Notes: generated by a model not told the origin, from the sequence alone. Shown: positions 25,148-38,535, numbered from the whole stretch's first letter. The stretch: 51,483 bases of DNA, filler included, from Catajapyx aquilonaris (GCA_000934665.2; 2 parts of 2 records of this genome joined end to end with filler, not necessarily neighbours in it); one strand, 5' to 3'. Made by a program: numbers and translations.

Positions 25148-25352
25148 CAGTGGTTTCCAACCTTTTACCAATGCGACCCCCTAAACATGTTTCCATAAAT
25201 GTGCGACCCNNNNNNNNNNNNNNNNNNNNNNNNNNNNNNNNNNNNNNNNNNNNNNNNNNNNNNNNNNNNNNNNNNNNNNNNNNNAAAAAAAAAAAAAAAA
25301 GGGCTGAACAAAGGCTCGCGACCCCCCGCAACCCCCCGGTTGGAAACGACTG
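25148..25352. mobile_element. hAT-type MITE spanning a 75-N gap (25210-25284)
   Basis: TIRs CAGTGGTTTCCAACC / GGTTGGAAACGACTG; 8-bp TSD ATGTAGTT at 25140-25147 and 25353-25360. Confidence 0.85.
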
Positions 25353-25678
25353 ATGTAGTTCAATATTAACTGGTGCCTTGTACGAAGCGCCCTGGCCCCC
25401 GGGCAGGGTAACTAGGAGGGGATGTGCAAAGTGCAGTGCGAATGACTAATCCCACCAAAAACCTTTCTGTAAAAAATGGCCAAGTTCTCCTGACTGCTTG
25501 GCCGTCAAAAGTCGTGAGATCTGAAATACGGCCAAGTTCAACGTCGTACTCATTACTGGCATTCTCAACTTCTTCAACCTAAACCACTAACTTTGTTTTT
25601 CCAGGTCGACCTTAAGTTTAATCATCAAAACATTTTAATGGAGTTTCTCCTGATGTCACTTGGCCATTGCTCAGGTCC

Positions 25679-25778
25679 NNNNNNNNNNNNNNNNNNNNNN
25701 NNNNNNNNNNNNNNNNNNNNNNTTAATTAATTAANNNNNNNNNNNNNNNNNNNNNNNNNNNNNNNNNNNNNNNNNNNN
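25679..25778. other. Artificial contig-concatenation linker N44-TTAATTAATTAA-N44
   Basis: Exactly 44 N + 12-mer + 44 N = 100 bp; the palindromic 12-mer has stop codons in all six frames. Confidence 0.95.
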
Positions 25779-25880
25779 ACTCCCGATATGCTAATTTAAG
25801 GCGGTGTAGGGGCTTTCCCCTGGATTTCTATAAGGGACAAACAAACAAACTCTCCTCATTTATAGATTAAGAAGAAGAAG

Positions 25881-25955
<75 letters not shown>
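25881..25955 (+). repeat. (ATT)25 microsatellite preceded by short (AAG)n
   Basis: Read directly from the sequence. Confidence 0.97.
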
Positions 25956-25957
<2 letters not shown>

Positions 25958-26000
25958 GTTGCAGATATTCAGAAGAGATGACTTGATCAGGCATAACAGT

Positions 26001-29000
26001 ATGAGGGGGCTGGCGGTGCTGCTTCTGGTGCTGTTTCTACTGGCGCCGGATGGCTCCCAGGGCTATGTGGTGGTGGTACGGGAGGATCTTCCTGAGGGGT
26101 CGGTCCTCTTCTTCGGTGGTGTTGGCGCCTTCAAGAGCCACCTCCGGATCGACAAGGTCCGAAGTGGCTCTGGTGCGCACCATATCCTGACAATGAGACC
26201 TGATGGCGCTCTGGTTCTTCGTCGACGTCTGGACTGCTCTGGCGCGTCTCACCCCAACCCGCTTGGAGTGTACCTAGAAGCGTCTCTGCCGTCCATCAGC
26301 GACCAGAACCATGATGGTGCAGATGCAGTCTTCCTTCCTCTGAGGCTTCTGGTGCTTCCGTCCAAGTCTGGCGCCAACGTCACATGCCGTCCACATGTAA
26401 CGGGGCATCCAACCAACCCTCACATGGCTGCCCTTGCAGCGGAGAGGTCAGCACCACCGTGGGCGGCAGCCACTCTGGTCAGCTTGCCTCTGGTCAGCTG
26501 GCGCCAGCAGGAGGACCATGGATGGCCATGTCTGCGGCAGAGCCAGTTCTTGGCTGACTTGCTGGCTCTTCTGCCTGATTCGGTGCGTCGCAAGTGCAGG
26601 CCAACCTTCATGGCCCCAGAGCCTTCCAAGTGGGTCCGGATTCAACAGCACCACCATGGTGATGGTGAACCCTACGTTGCTCATCTGGTGTCAGCTAAAG
26701 ATCAGGTCACTAACCATTGCAAGCGATTATATGTTTATGTCACTAATGTTTTAATTGATCGAACAGTGTATGGAAGCTGCAACGTGGCGCATTAATGTGA
26801 CAGTGGATCTCCATTGCGTTGAGGACAACGATGCGGCCTGGGTGGCGTCACGTCGGCATCTTCTCCGTGTTCTTCTTCATGGGCGAGGAGTCTCCGGTGA
26901 CTACTGGCCACCTGACGATGCGCTCAGAGGATCCCGCTTAAGTGTGGGCAACAGGCTTCGGAGGGAGATGTCCCGTAACCAAGCACCGTTCTTCCCAACA
27001 CCACTTGTCACCGCAACTGTAACAGAAGAGAAGGCATCAGGATTATCAGTCACGACTATGGCTGCACGGGATCCGGAAGGTGGTCCGCTGACATATTCAA
27101 TGGTGTCCCTTCTGGACGCACGCTCCCAATCACAGTTTGCAATTGATGAACGGACCGGCGCAGTGAGGACGTCAACCCGGCTCGACCGTGAGACCATGGA
27201 CGCACACTTCTTTCGTATCACAGCCGTCGATTCCGGTTTGCCACCAAGATCCGCCACTGCAACTTTGCAAGTACGTGTCAGCGATGTTAACGACAACCCG
27301 CCGCTGTTTGAGCAGCAGCAGTATGAAGCGCATGTACGCGAAGGTGCCAATGCAGTCGGTGCAACATTGCTGACATTACGCGCGTCGGACCAGGACAGCG
27401 GTGCAAATGCGCAGGTCAGATACTCCCTCCAGGCCACGGATGGTGACGCAGATGCATTCCGTGTCGATGCTAGGAGCGGGGTGCTCACAACTCGGCTTCC
27501 TCTTGACCGCGAGACAAGGAGCAGCTACGTACTGACAGTACTTGCGGAGGATCAGGCCCCAGTGCAGCAGCGGCTGACAGCAAGTACCACCGTTAACGTC
27601 AACGTCATCGACGACAACGACAACTACCCGCAGTTTTCCAGAAGAAGTTATTCCGTCAAATTGCGGGAAGACTTGGATGCTTCACGTGCACCAATAGTTG
27701 CTACAGTCAGGTAATTACAAATGTTATGATTATTGTAAAGCTCTGACAACAATTGGCTGTATTTTAATGTTTTAATGCGTACATTTCAGTGCCGTGGATG
27801 CGGATGATGGTGCTAATGCTGCTGTTCGATATGCAATAATTGGTGGGAATCCTCAGGGTCAATTTGCAATTGACCCCATGACTGGCGACGTAACACTTCT
27901 GCAATCACTGGATTACGAGGCGGCACGTTCATATCGACTTGTAATCCGAGCCCAAGACGGTGGTACCCCAGCTCGTTCTAACAATACGCAGCTGGTAGTA
28001 GAAGTGGAGGATGTGAACGACAATGCCCCTCGATTCTACTCTGAGCGAATGCAAGAATCTATCGCTGAGGATTCACCAGTCGGAACTAGCGTGTTGCGAC
28101 TCCAGGCGTACGACGCTGATGACGGGCCCAATGGACGTGTGTCCTACTGGCTGACTGGTCCTGGCAGCACTGACGACACATTGCCTTTTGCTGTGGATGC
28201 ACAAACCGGTTGGATTACAACAAAGAAGGAGCTGGACAGAGAGGGAACACCAAGGTACCGGTTGGATGTCCTGGCTCGTGACGATGGCTCACCAACACCT
28301 CTGAGCGCAACTGCAAGAGTCACCATCACGGTTCAGGACGTCAACGACAACGACCCTGAGTTTGACCACCCACTGTATGAGGGCTCGGTAGCGGAAGACG
28401 CAGCTCCTGGTACCACGGTACTTACGCTTGTGGCACACGATGCCGATATTGATCTCACCAGCGATGTTGCTAGTGTTGCTAACCGATTGCACTTTGCTAT
28501 CGTCGATGGAAATTCACGGGCCAGGTTCGCCATTGCTACCCAAGGCACTGGCGTAGCCGTCGTGAGTGTGGCACAACCATTGGACTTCAGACGTGAGCAG
28601 CGGTTTGTCATGACGGTGACAGCGACAGACGCTGGAGGAAGGTCAGGTCGCACCAGTGTTGTGGTGACGGTGCTTGACGCGAATTCATTTGCACCCGCAT
28701 TTGAAGGGGCGCCGTATTCAGCGTCAGTGTTTGAGGATGCCGTTATTGGTTCGACTGTGCTGGTTCTCAGCGCCAGCGATGGCGATGCTGGTGCCAATGC
28801 TGAAGTCACATTCTCATTTGCTGGCGATGCACCACCGGAATTTTCACTAGAACGAAACACCGGGGCACTCGTACTTGCAAAACCATTAGATCGGGAGGCC
28901 GTCCTGTCCTATCTGCTGACAGTCATTGCCAGCGATGCAGGTCAGCCGCCACTGTCAGACACGACGGACGTGGAGGTCCTTGTGGCTGATGTCAATGACA

Positions 29001-32000
29001 ATGCGCCTGTGTTTCTACGATCTTCATATGACGCATCGGTGCGTGAAGATGCACCTGTCGGCACCAGTGTTTTAAGGGTTAGCGCCAGTGATGCTGACGC
29101 CGGGTTAAATGCACGTGTACGGTACGCCCTCTCGGCTGAAGACTCCCCGTCATTCAGCGTTGACCCGACCTCAGGCGTAATACGTACATGGAAATCTCTG
29201 GATCGCGAGACCATACCAAGGTACGACCTGGTTGTACTTGCTGTCGATCGTGGCTCACCGGAGATGACAGGAAGCGCAAGCGTCATCATTACCATTGAAG
29301 ATGTGAATGACTCTCCGCCTGAGTTTGAATCAGAACGGATGGTGCTCTACGTGGCGGAAAATTCACCACCGGGAGCGACTGTTGGGAAAATACAAGCGCA
29401 TGACCCAGACGAAGGTGACAATGCACATGTTACGTACGCAATTGTTGGCGGTGATGATGCGGATGCTTTCACGTTGGTGACACGTCCGGAGCGTCAACTG
29501 GCAGAGCTGTTGACACGTGCGGCTCTTGATTACGAGTCGCCTAGAAAGCGATTCGAGTTGGTCGTCCGGGCTTCATCACCTCCGCTACGCTCAGATGTGC
29601 ATGTCGAAGTGCATGTACTTGACGTTAATGATAATGCGCCGGTTCTACGTGACTTCCATGTTGTGTTCAACAATTACCGTGATTGCTTCCCAATCGGTTC
29701 TGTTGGACGTGTTCCAGCGACTGATGCCGACGTTTCGGATAAGCTGACATACCGGGTGATATCCGGTAACAATGCTGGTTTGGTGTCACTTAACAGCTCC
29801 ACAGGTGAAATCACGCTCAGCAGTCGCCTCGATAGCAACGTGCCGTTGAGGGCACGGATGCGTGTGGCTGTCACCGATGGTGTCAACACGGCTGAAGCTG
29901 ACATGACTTTAGTGTCCCGCATGGTTACTCCAGATATGCTGTTCAACTCTGTGACTCTTCGACTTGGTGACGTGACATTGGATTCGTTCCTCTCGCCAAC
30001 GTACTTCCGACTTCAAGATGCACTTGCAGCATTGATACCAGCTGCGCCGCAGGATGTGCTCATATTGAGCTTACGCCAAGACGACGACGGATTATCAGCC
30101 GATGACACTCCGGTGCTGAACGTTAGCGTGTCCGTCCGCAGTCAGCGTGGCAGCTGGCGACATCGTGCCGCTTGGGAGGACGACGACGATGCCAACACTG
30201 GCGACGAATCGTTCATGACACCGCAGTTCCTTCAGGAGAGAATATACCTGCATCGATCGGCCCTGGCGAAATTGGCCCAAGTGCGGCTGCTTCCCTTTGA
30301 GGACAACCTGTGCGTCCGAGAGCCTTGCCTTAACTACGAGACATGCACAACGGTGCTCAAGTTTGCCAACGCTTCATCATTCGTATCCGGAGATTCTCTC
30401 CTATTCCGTCCGATTCATCCAGTGACAACATTTGCATGCACCTGTCCGCCTGGATTTACCGGTAAGCCTTTGATGATGTTAGTCTAATCGCTGCTGTTCT
30501 AATTATTGCGTAATTATAGGCATGAGAGAACATTACCTTTGCGACACCGAGGTCGACCTGTGCTACTCGTCGCCTTGTGCCAATGGCGGGACATGCTGGC
30601 GACGGGAAGGCGGCTACACGTGCGAGTGTGCCGATGGGTTCGCAGGACGCCACTGCGATGTTGACCTTTCCACGGCCACATGCTCGGTATCGCCAGGACT
30701 GTGCGCAGGAGGCTCCCGATGTGCACCGTTGATTCAGGGCGGATTCCTCTGCGAAAACTGCTCCCTGATAACCGGCCCAGGGGCAGCCCCTGGGTCAACA
30801 ACACCTCTGTGCCGCTTGCGAGCCAGATCCTTCTCTGGTGCCGGCTCTTTCCTGACGTTCCCTGCTCTTCGTCAGAGGCACCGTCTTCATCTGAAGCTGT
30901 CGTTTGCGACAACAAGTCCAGATGCGCTGTTGCTGTACGACGGCCGATATAATCATCGGCACGACTTTGTGAGGCTGCAGGTTGTCAATTCCACGCTTCA
31001 GTTTGTTTTCTCGTTGGGTGCTGGTGTGGCGACCACGCTTAGAGCCAGCGTACCTGGCGGGGTGTCCGACGGAAGATGGCACACGGCAACAGTGCAGTAC
31101 TTCAACAGGGTGAGTGTATGATTTAATGAATGGTTTTTTTGTAATAATGATATGAACATTGCAGTCGGCTGTGATGAGCATCGACGAGTGCGACACGGAG
31201 CTTGTCCTACGCTCCGGTACGTCTCTCCCGGCGGAATGGCGCTGTGCAGCTACAGCCGCACAGCAGCTTGAGAGTCGTTGTTCCCATCTGACGGAGACAT
31301 GCCAGCGATTCCTCGACCTCACTGGCCCATTGCAACTTGGCGGAATCCCACCCGGAGTGGTCATCACCCCAACTGCAGACGAAGGAGGGGCGTCACCTTC
31401 CCTGCAGGGGTGTCTGCGGGACGTTGAAGTGGATCATACGCATTTAGACCTACAAGATTTTGTGGGGGAAGGCGGGACTGAAGCGGGCTGCGGGGAAAAG
31501 GCGCCGCATTGTCAGTCTGCGCCTTGCAGGAATGGCGGAACATGCAGGGATGATCTCAGATGGGGATCATTTCACTGCACATGTGCCGACGGCTGGGGCG
31601 GACGAGACTGCACTCTAGGTAAGACAAGTTCATGTAATTGCGGATGCACATATTGAAACGATTAATCCGCAGAGACTGGACCATCGTGGCAACTAAACGG
31701 CAACAAGAGCGCAATAGTGTTCATCCCGCCTCTCCGCCCTTTGCAACTTCCGTGGGTCAACTCGCTGTCCTTCCGCACCTTGCAACAGGATTCCGTCCTC
31801 ATGACTGTCCACTTCGGGCAGAACCACACTGCCGTCCTGCACCTGAAAAATGGCCATCCGTCGTACACCCTTGATGGGCACCAGCTCAGCCAGGCTACGC
31901 TCCCTAGTCGCCTCGACGATGGCGCCTGGCATCATCTGGAGGCCAAGTGGATGGCAGGAGAAGTCTGGCTGTCCTCGGACTATGGCCTTCATGAAAGGAC

Positions 32001-35000
32001 GGCCGTGCTGAGCGAGGATCCAATTCGGGAGCAGCCCCAGGGCATGTATGTCGACCGGGTGGTGATGGGCCGACCTGGGCAGGGACCAGGGGCCGCCCCT
32101 GGGCCTCCGTTGATTGGGTGTATGCGGCATGTGAGAGTCGGAAGCGTCGGAGCTGTGCAGCACGCACATCTTCTGGCGCGGCCGTCGGTTGAAGAAGGAG
32201 TTGGAAAAGGATGCAGAAAAATTGAAGGGACGCCTCAGTGTTCTGCTTTCAGCGGACAGCAATGCAAATGCGACGTTGGATTTGTCGGACCGGAGTGTAC
32301 GCCAGCCTGCGCTTTTAAGGTACCGCTGTCGTAACCCATGTGTAATTAATTAATAACATTCACGGTTTTCCCAGCCGTGCGATGCAAATGCTTCGTGCAC
32401 ACAAGCTCCAGGAAAGAAGTTGGGCTACTCCTGCGACTGTAGCAACACCGATCATACCGGCACCCACTGCGAGATCCCTCCGTTGCCGTCTGCTCCTGCA
32501 CCGTGCCCTGCCAACTGGTGGGGTGCGCCGTCGTGTGGTCCATGCCGATGCGATGCTTCAAAAGGGCTGGCGTCCGACTGCGATAAGAAGACTGGCGAAT
32601 GCAGGTGCTTGAGCCATCACTACAGGCAGGGCGAACCATCCGGTGCGGGTCAAGGAGAAGGTCCTTGCTTGCCTTGCATGTGCGATGCCGTTGGCGCATT
32701 CGCTCAGGATTGCGCGGAGGGCACTGGTCAGTGCCGATGCCGGTCCGGGGTTGTTGGACGAAGGTGCGACAGATGCCCATCGCCATTTGCGGAGGTTACC
32801 CTGCGTGGTTGCGAAGGTACGTTGCTTAGTAGCCGTTTAGTAAATGAGATGACAATACCTTGCGTCATTAGTGGTGTACGACGCGTGTCCTCGGAGCCAC
32901 ACTGCATCTATCTGGTGGGAACGGACTAGATTTGGCACGACGGCTGTTGCTGCCTGCCCCGAAGGCTCTGAGGGTAAGGCTACCCGTCTCTGCGATCAAG
33001 ACAACGGGTGGGAGGCGCCAGATCTGTTCAACTGTACCTCAGCACCGTTTGTACCATTGCGGCGCCTGCTGCACCAGATTGAAGTTGGGGATGTTGAAGA
33101 GGACTCCTCCGTGATGGTGCATGCGATGGGTGATATCCGCGGAGCCTGCAATGCGACGTCCGGTAACCTTTACGGTGCTGAGCTGTTAGTCGCCTGGCAG
33201 CTGGTGCAGCGGGTTCTGGATTGGGAACGGCGCCAGACTGGTATGGCGCTGGCTCACAAGCAGGAGCGCCAGTTCCTTCCTAACTTGTGCTGGAGCTCAA
33301 GCTGCCTTCTGGAGCCGGAACTGGCGCCGTTGTGGCCCAGACTGGCTTCCCTCACCGGACAGCGCCAACCACTGCAACGGCTGCTGGCTTCTATCAACTG
33401 GTACCTGGCGCTGTTGGCGGACAACCAGAGAGACACTTACACAGCACCGTTTGAAGTGGCCGCACCCAATCTCGGTAAGGATCTGTTTATTGCGAACTAT
33501 GCAAGGAATCTAATTAAAATTTCCGCAGTTTTGGCGCTTGACCTGGTCCGCAGTGGTACGCAGCTTCGGCTCGACAGTGCTGTAGGCGGTGGTGTCCGCA
33601 GACAGCAGATCCTGCAGACGGACACTGGTGCTACGCTGCTGTATAACAACGATGTCGCCAGTGATGACACTTCCGCAGCTATGGTTGTCCTTCCGAAGTA
33701 TGACAACTTTGTGCAGGATCCCAACCGATTTGAGTCGTCTGCTCGTGTGCTAGTGCCTCGGATTCTCCTGGGCTTGCCCCTGGGTCTGCAAACCCAGAGC
33801 GATGGTGGAGAAGCGGTGGTGTCATACGCACAGTTTCGCACACTGGGAAAGCTGCTGACTGCAATGAAGTTGGGGCCTGGTGTTAACCAACGTCGTGGAG
33901 CCAACACGAGGCCAGACGGCCCTCTAATGTCACTAGTGATCAGGCCTTCTTTAGGGCCCGTCACTGGACCTGTTCCCGGACCATCCGCTCTCAGCTCGGA
34001 TGACGACGACGACGACATCGACGATAGCGGGCACCGAATTCGGTTTGTGTTCCAGGTGTCACAAGCGTCATCGACTCCAGAGCCGCAGTGTGTTTACTGG
34101 GATCCTCAAGCGAGGTACATGTTGCGTTTATTGGAAGTGCGTACCGGTACTTTATGAAACGTGTTTGCAGGTCGTTAACTGAGGAGGAACTTGGCGCCTG
34201 GTCAGCTACTGGCTGCTGGACTGAGACCTGGGAGGAGCTGTCTGAAGCGGTGATGCGTGTCAATTGCTCGTGCCATGCGTCGCTCGTGGCACCGTATCCT
34301 GTCGCACTTGCCTTTGGCGTGTTGGTAGCCGAGAAAGAAGCGTGGCCGCCGCTACCGGAACCTTCGCCAGTTGAGGAAGCCGCAACGTACCTAGGATTCG
34401 TGCTGGCGCTTCTCCTCCTGAGCGCCACCTTGCTGGCTCTCTGCCTTCTGCGGAGACCTTCATCCAACTCGGGAGCCATCCATCGCCAGCTGGTTCTTTG
34501 CCTCCTTCTGGCTCAGCTCCTCTACCTTCTGGCGCTCAAGACTCGTGCCACTTTGGGCCAGCGGGAGTTCCCATGTCGTCTGGTCGCAATGGCACTGCAC
34601 TACCTCTGGCTCTGCACATTTTGCTGGCTGCTGTTGGATGCGGTACATCTGTATCGGATGCTGACCGAGATGAGAGACGTTAACCACGGACGGATGCGGT
34701 TCTACCTAGGGGTCGGCTACGGTGCTCCGGCGCTGGTTCTGGCCTTGGCTGTTGGGGTTCGCGCATCGCAGTACGGATCATACATGTTGTGAGTGTTACA
34801 TGAAGTTGAATGTTTTCAATTGATGCTTCAACGACCTGCTCTTTTTCAGCTGTTGGCTGTCTCTGTATGACCCTGCAGTGTGGGCTCTCGTAGGCCCAGT
34901 GTGTGTGCTGGTGTTTGCAAATGCGGTGGCTCTCTCGATGGCCCTCAGAGCCGCCTTCACTTTGAAGGACCATGTGGCTCACTATGGCAACTTACGGACA

Positions 35001-36797
35001 TTACTCTGGCTTAATGTTGCTTTGGTGCCGATGGCCGGTGCCACGTGGGCTCTGGCGTTGTTGGCTGCTACTGAGCCGCCGCCTCTTTTGCGCTTCCTGC
35101 TGGCACTTTCCGAGCTGCTTCTAGCTGTCTTGGTGTTAGCTGGCCACTGTGTCGCCAACTCCAGAGTGAGACGCTCGCTGGTGTTCCTCTGGCGCCATCG
35201 ACGGTGTTGGCAAGATGACAACATTAAGGGCACCAGCACAGTGAGGCACTCCAGACGTCCTCAGCATGTCGGCGCAAGTTCAGCCACCGTCACCACATCA
35301 TCATCATCATATCGTCGTGGTGTCGCCGTCGCAGGAGCACCATCGCAGCAGGGCAGCACGGCACAGCCACACCCAAGGCGGGTCATTGTCGGCGTGTCAA
35401 CATCAAGCACCACTTCGCATTCGACATGTAAAACTAACTCAAGTCCGCACCGGCCCATGTCGTCTGCTAGTGACGGGCTCATGGCACTTGGAAGCCAACA
35501 TCGCCATCTCCACAGGTACGTATTTGCATTACACGCTAACCTGTCGCATTCATACATTAACACCCTTGCAGCAGTCGGAGGAGGTCAAACCGAGCGGAAA
35601 TCCCGTCATCGTCGGCTGGTCCTACAGGCGAGTCTGACTCCGAGTCGGATGGATCTCTGGACAGGCTGGAGAGGCGCGGCCTGGAGCTCGCTTCGAGTCA
35701 CTCCAGCGACGAGGAAGATCCTGTTCATCCAGCAAACGCTGGGCGAGGAATATGTGAGTTAAACAACATCCTCTCGAGTAAAAGTACCTCTTACACTGTG
35801 GGAATCTTTTCTTCTGCTGCTAACTCTTTAGCTGCGGGCTTGAGCGCATCGTCTCGCCCACTTCTTTTCCGCCCCAACATAGTCTCCCTTCGAGGAGGCG
35901 GCGGCGGCTCTACTGGTGGTGGATATGGGTACTCGGGAGGGGTCCCTCGTCCTGTGGGTCAGACCTTCACGCAGACCCTGGGTGGGAGGTGGGGGGCCAA
36001 CGGTCATCCAGCCGGGGTCGGGTCAAGCCTGCCCTGCCGTCTGGATGCCCTACCGTCTCCACCGTCTTCCACCCACCATCCGCATCACCCAACTTTCTTC
36101 GCTCCTTCCCCAACCACCAGCGCCCTCTACGCCGAGCTCTGGGCACATCTGCCCTCCAATGGTACATCATGTTACTCGCACCTGCAAAGAATGTGTTTTA
36201 TTCGTCAGCATGAAATTTTGGCCTCGTACTAATTTGCACATTTTAATTTTCTCTAGCAGAACATGACCTGTTTTCAGTTTTGCCTGGCATGTGTTTCCGT
36301 GAATATGCGGTTATGCCTTGCGCTTGAATAATAATTGTCTACTACTTTTGTTAGCAGGTGATCCCTCCGGTGGCGGATCCTCTCCGCCGACAGCCTCGGA
36401 CAACGAGCAAGACCTGGGGCCTTCAACGATGAGTCCGAGCAATAAGCTGCTGGCCGCTAGGGAGAACCTCAATGCTTCGGATTGGTCGCCGAAGCACCAG
36501 CGAGGCCCGCCGGATAAATTTCCGTCGAGACATCAGTACGGCCAAACCCCAACCCCGACCTCCCCGTCTCCGTCCCTCCCACCTCCTTCCCCGTCCCTTC
36601 CGCCGCCTCTCCCGCCACTTCCGCATCATTTCCCTTCCTTACATCCGCTCCCGCCTCTCCTTCACCCTTCCAGCCTCCAGCTGAGGTCGCTCGACGACAT
36701 CAACAACCTCAATTCCGGTTCGTCGAGTCAGGCTGCCATCAGGTCGCTCCACAGGGCGCACAACATGGCAGCGCAGAACATCTCGGACGCAGAGTGA
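26001..36797 (+). CDS. stan: Flamingo/Starry night (CELSR) cadherin-EGF-LamG seven-pass adhesion GPCR; exons 26001-26705, 26767-27710, 27790-30461, 30520-31109, 31165-31618, 31673-32319, 32375-32816, 32872-33474, 33529-34114, 34171-34788, 34850-35515, 35572-35753, 35832-36161, 36358-36797 (alternative: splice at 36793 to 36992-37103)
   Basis: Signal peptide MRGLAVLLLVLFLLAPDGSQG; furin-like RLRR; cadherin repeats (LDRE, DxNDNxP); Flamingo-type LPFEDNLCVREPCLNYE..C; EGF, two LamG, laminin-EGF, HormR, GAIN/GPS and seven TM helices; cytoplasmic SDSESDGS...LELASSHSSDEED. All junctions are GT-AG and phase-consistent. Confidence 0.96.
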
Positions 36798-36991
36798 GGC
36801 TCTGGATCCAATCTTCTCATACTAACAATACTCTCTCTTAGTAAGTCTATCTGGAAAATACAAATGCATGTCACTGTCGCTAACAACGTCGGAATAAAAT
36901 CAAACCGCTTCCGCTTCTAGCTGTCCTTTACACTTTTTGGGTGGTGGTCTGTAGCCGTAATGTTCAAGCGTGTAACAACCGCTTTCTGTAG

Positions 36992-37103
36992 GATGTCCGA
37001 AAGACGAGGTGGCGACGAGGAAAGGGCGGAACTCAGTCAGGATGATGGGGATGACGATGCCGAAGACACGACGATCGTAACAGGACCAGGGATCCTCGTA
37101 TGA
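36992..37103 (+). CDS. stan: Probable alternative terminal coding exon of stan
   Basis: TTTCTGTAG|G acceptor is phase-compatible with the GA|GTGAGG donor at 36793; encodes (E)MSERRGGDEERAELSQDDGDDDAEDTTIVTGPGILV*. Confidence 0.6.
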
Positions 37104-38535
37104 CATCCGACATCGCTTTGAAAGCGTATCATCGAGTTTAAGAGCGACATTTTGTGTGCGGATTATCATTTTTTCTCTCGGAAAGGACAGGAGTGAAACA
37201 TTCCATGTTTCCAAAGCCATAATACTCATGCTTGAATGTAATGCGTGTAAGTGTACAGTGTATGTGTGTGTGCGTGTGTATAATATTCCATCCAGTGTTT
37301 GTAGCATAGTTGTCATTCGATCAAATTTTTTTATTCCTCGACTTTCTACCATTGTCAGCGTGCGAATTTATGTGACGGCTCAGGTATTGTGCTTTGCAAG
37401 TATGGGGCGGGGGAAAAAAAATGGCCTTATAAATTGAGCAAACTCGCAGTTATTTTTTGTCCAGCGATGCCTTTTTGATATTGTGTGAAAAAAAATGAAG
37501 CGAGGGAAAAAACGGGAACGTAAAACACTCGGATCACAAAAGCCAACAGAAATGTCTTCATTTTACTCGTAATAATTAATATAATAAAGTTCATGACAAG
37601 AACCACTATAATAATTGGGGGGAGTTTTTTTTTTTGACACAACAAATTTTTTTTTGTCCATTTTTTTTTTCTCGGTGAAACATGATCCACAAGCACACTT
37701 ATTTGATCTCCATTATTTCATGGGAAGGGGGATAAATTTCACATTCATTTTTTTTTATATATATATTTTTTTATACACCAGGGGGTGACACTCTTGTCCC
37801 GTAAGAAAAAGTTGTGTCCTCGAGATCTTGACTCGTTCACTTCAAGCCTCTTTTGTTATTAAAAATTAATTGAAGAGGGGAAGGGGGGGGGGCAACATTA
37901 GTAAGCCTTTCCATTTGGTACAAATTTCTGCGAGTGCAATGTTTTTTTTTAAATATGTATAACTATTACGCAGGTGCCCATTTTTTTTTTTAATGTCCTC
38001 TCGTCGCTCTTTTTTTTTTAAGAATAATAAAAAAAGGAACTGAAACCTCGCTCTCATTATTATTCCCCCGAGCACATTGCAACCGATCATGTTGCCATGG
38101 TTAAGCGCGCACATACACTAACTGTGTGTATTAATTAAAGTCATTTACAGCCCCAAAAATTGCTCTTCTCATGAAGGTTTGGGGCGAAACAAAAAATTCA
38201 CTATTTATGTACAGTACAATAGTAGTGGTAACTACATATGAATTACAGGGGCTGTGGGGGGGTCTGCAATTATTATTTTTTAAACAGGGGGGGAAACCCT
38301 AATAAATTGCAAATAATATGCAACTGTCCACATAAGCCGTGAAAAATTGGGGAGGTATTTTTTTTTCCGGATGTGCACGTTAATGAGGCTGGAATAATAT
38401 ATATATTTTTTTCGGTTATTTTTTCTCCTGGTAGTTTTTTTTTTCTTTTTTTCTCTTTCAAGTCCTGTTAATTATTATTTAAACTTCTCTGTTAACATTA
38501 CGTCTGGTCCTTCCCCCTCCCCCCCAACCCCCATC

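Noticed and set aside
25956..26000. Upstream ATG of ORF 25956-26795 as the stan start
   Set aside because: The ATG is formed at the end of the ATT microsatellite and precedes an acceptor (TTGCAG|, 25963); the ATG at 26001 begins the signal peptide.
25018..26001. Head-to-head pairing of the M13 gene and stan around a shared promoter
   Set aside because: They are separated by the artificial linker, so linkage is not established.
26037..36629. Many antisense and alternate-frame ORFs over stan
   Set aside because: Expected shadow ORFs of a long GC-rich coding sequence; no independent motifs.
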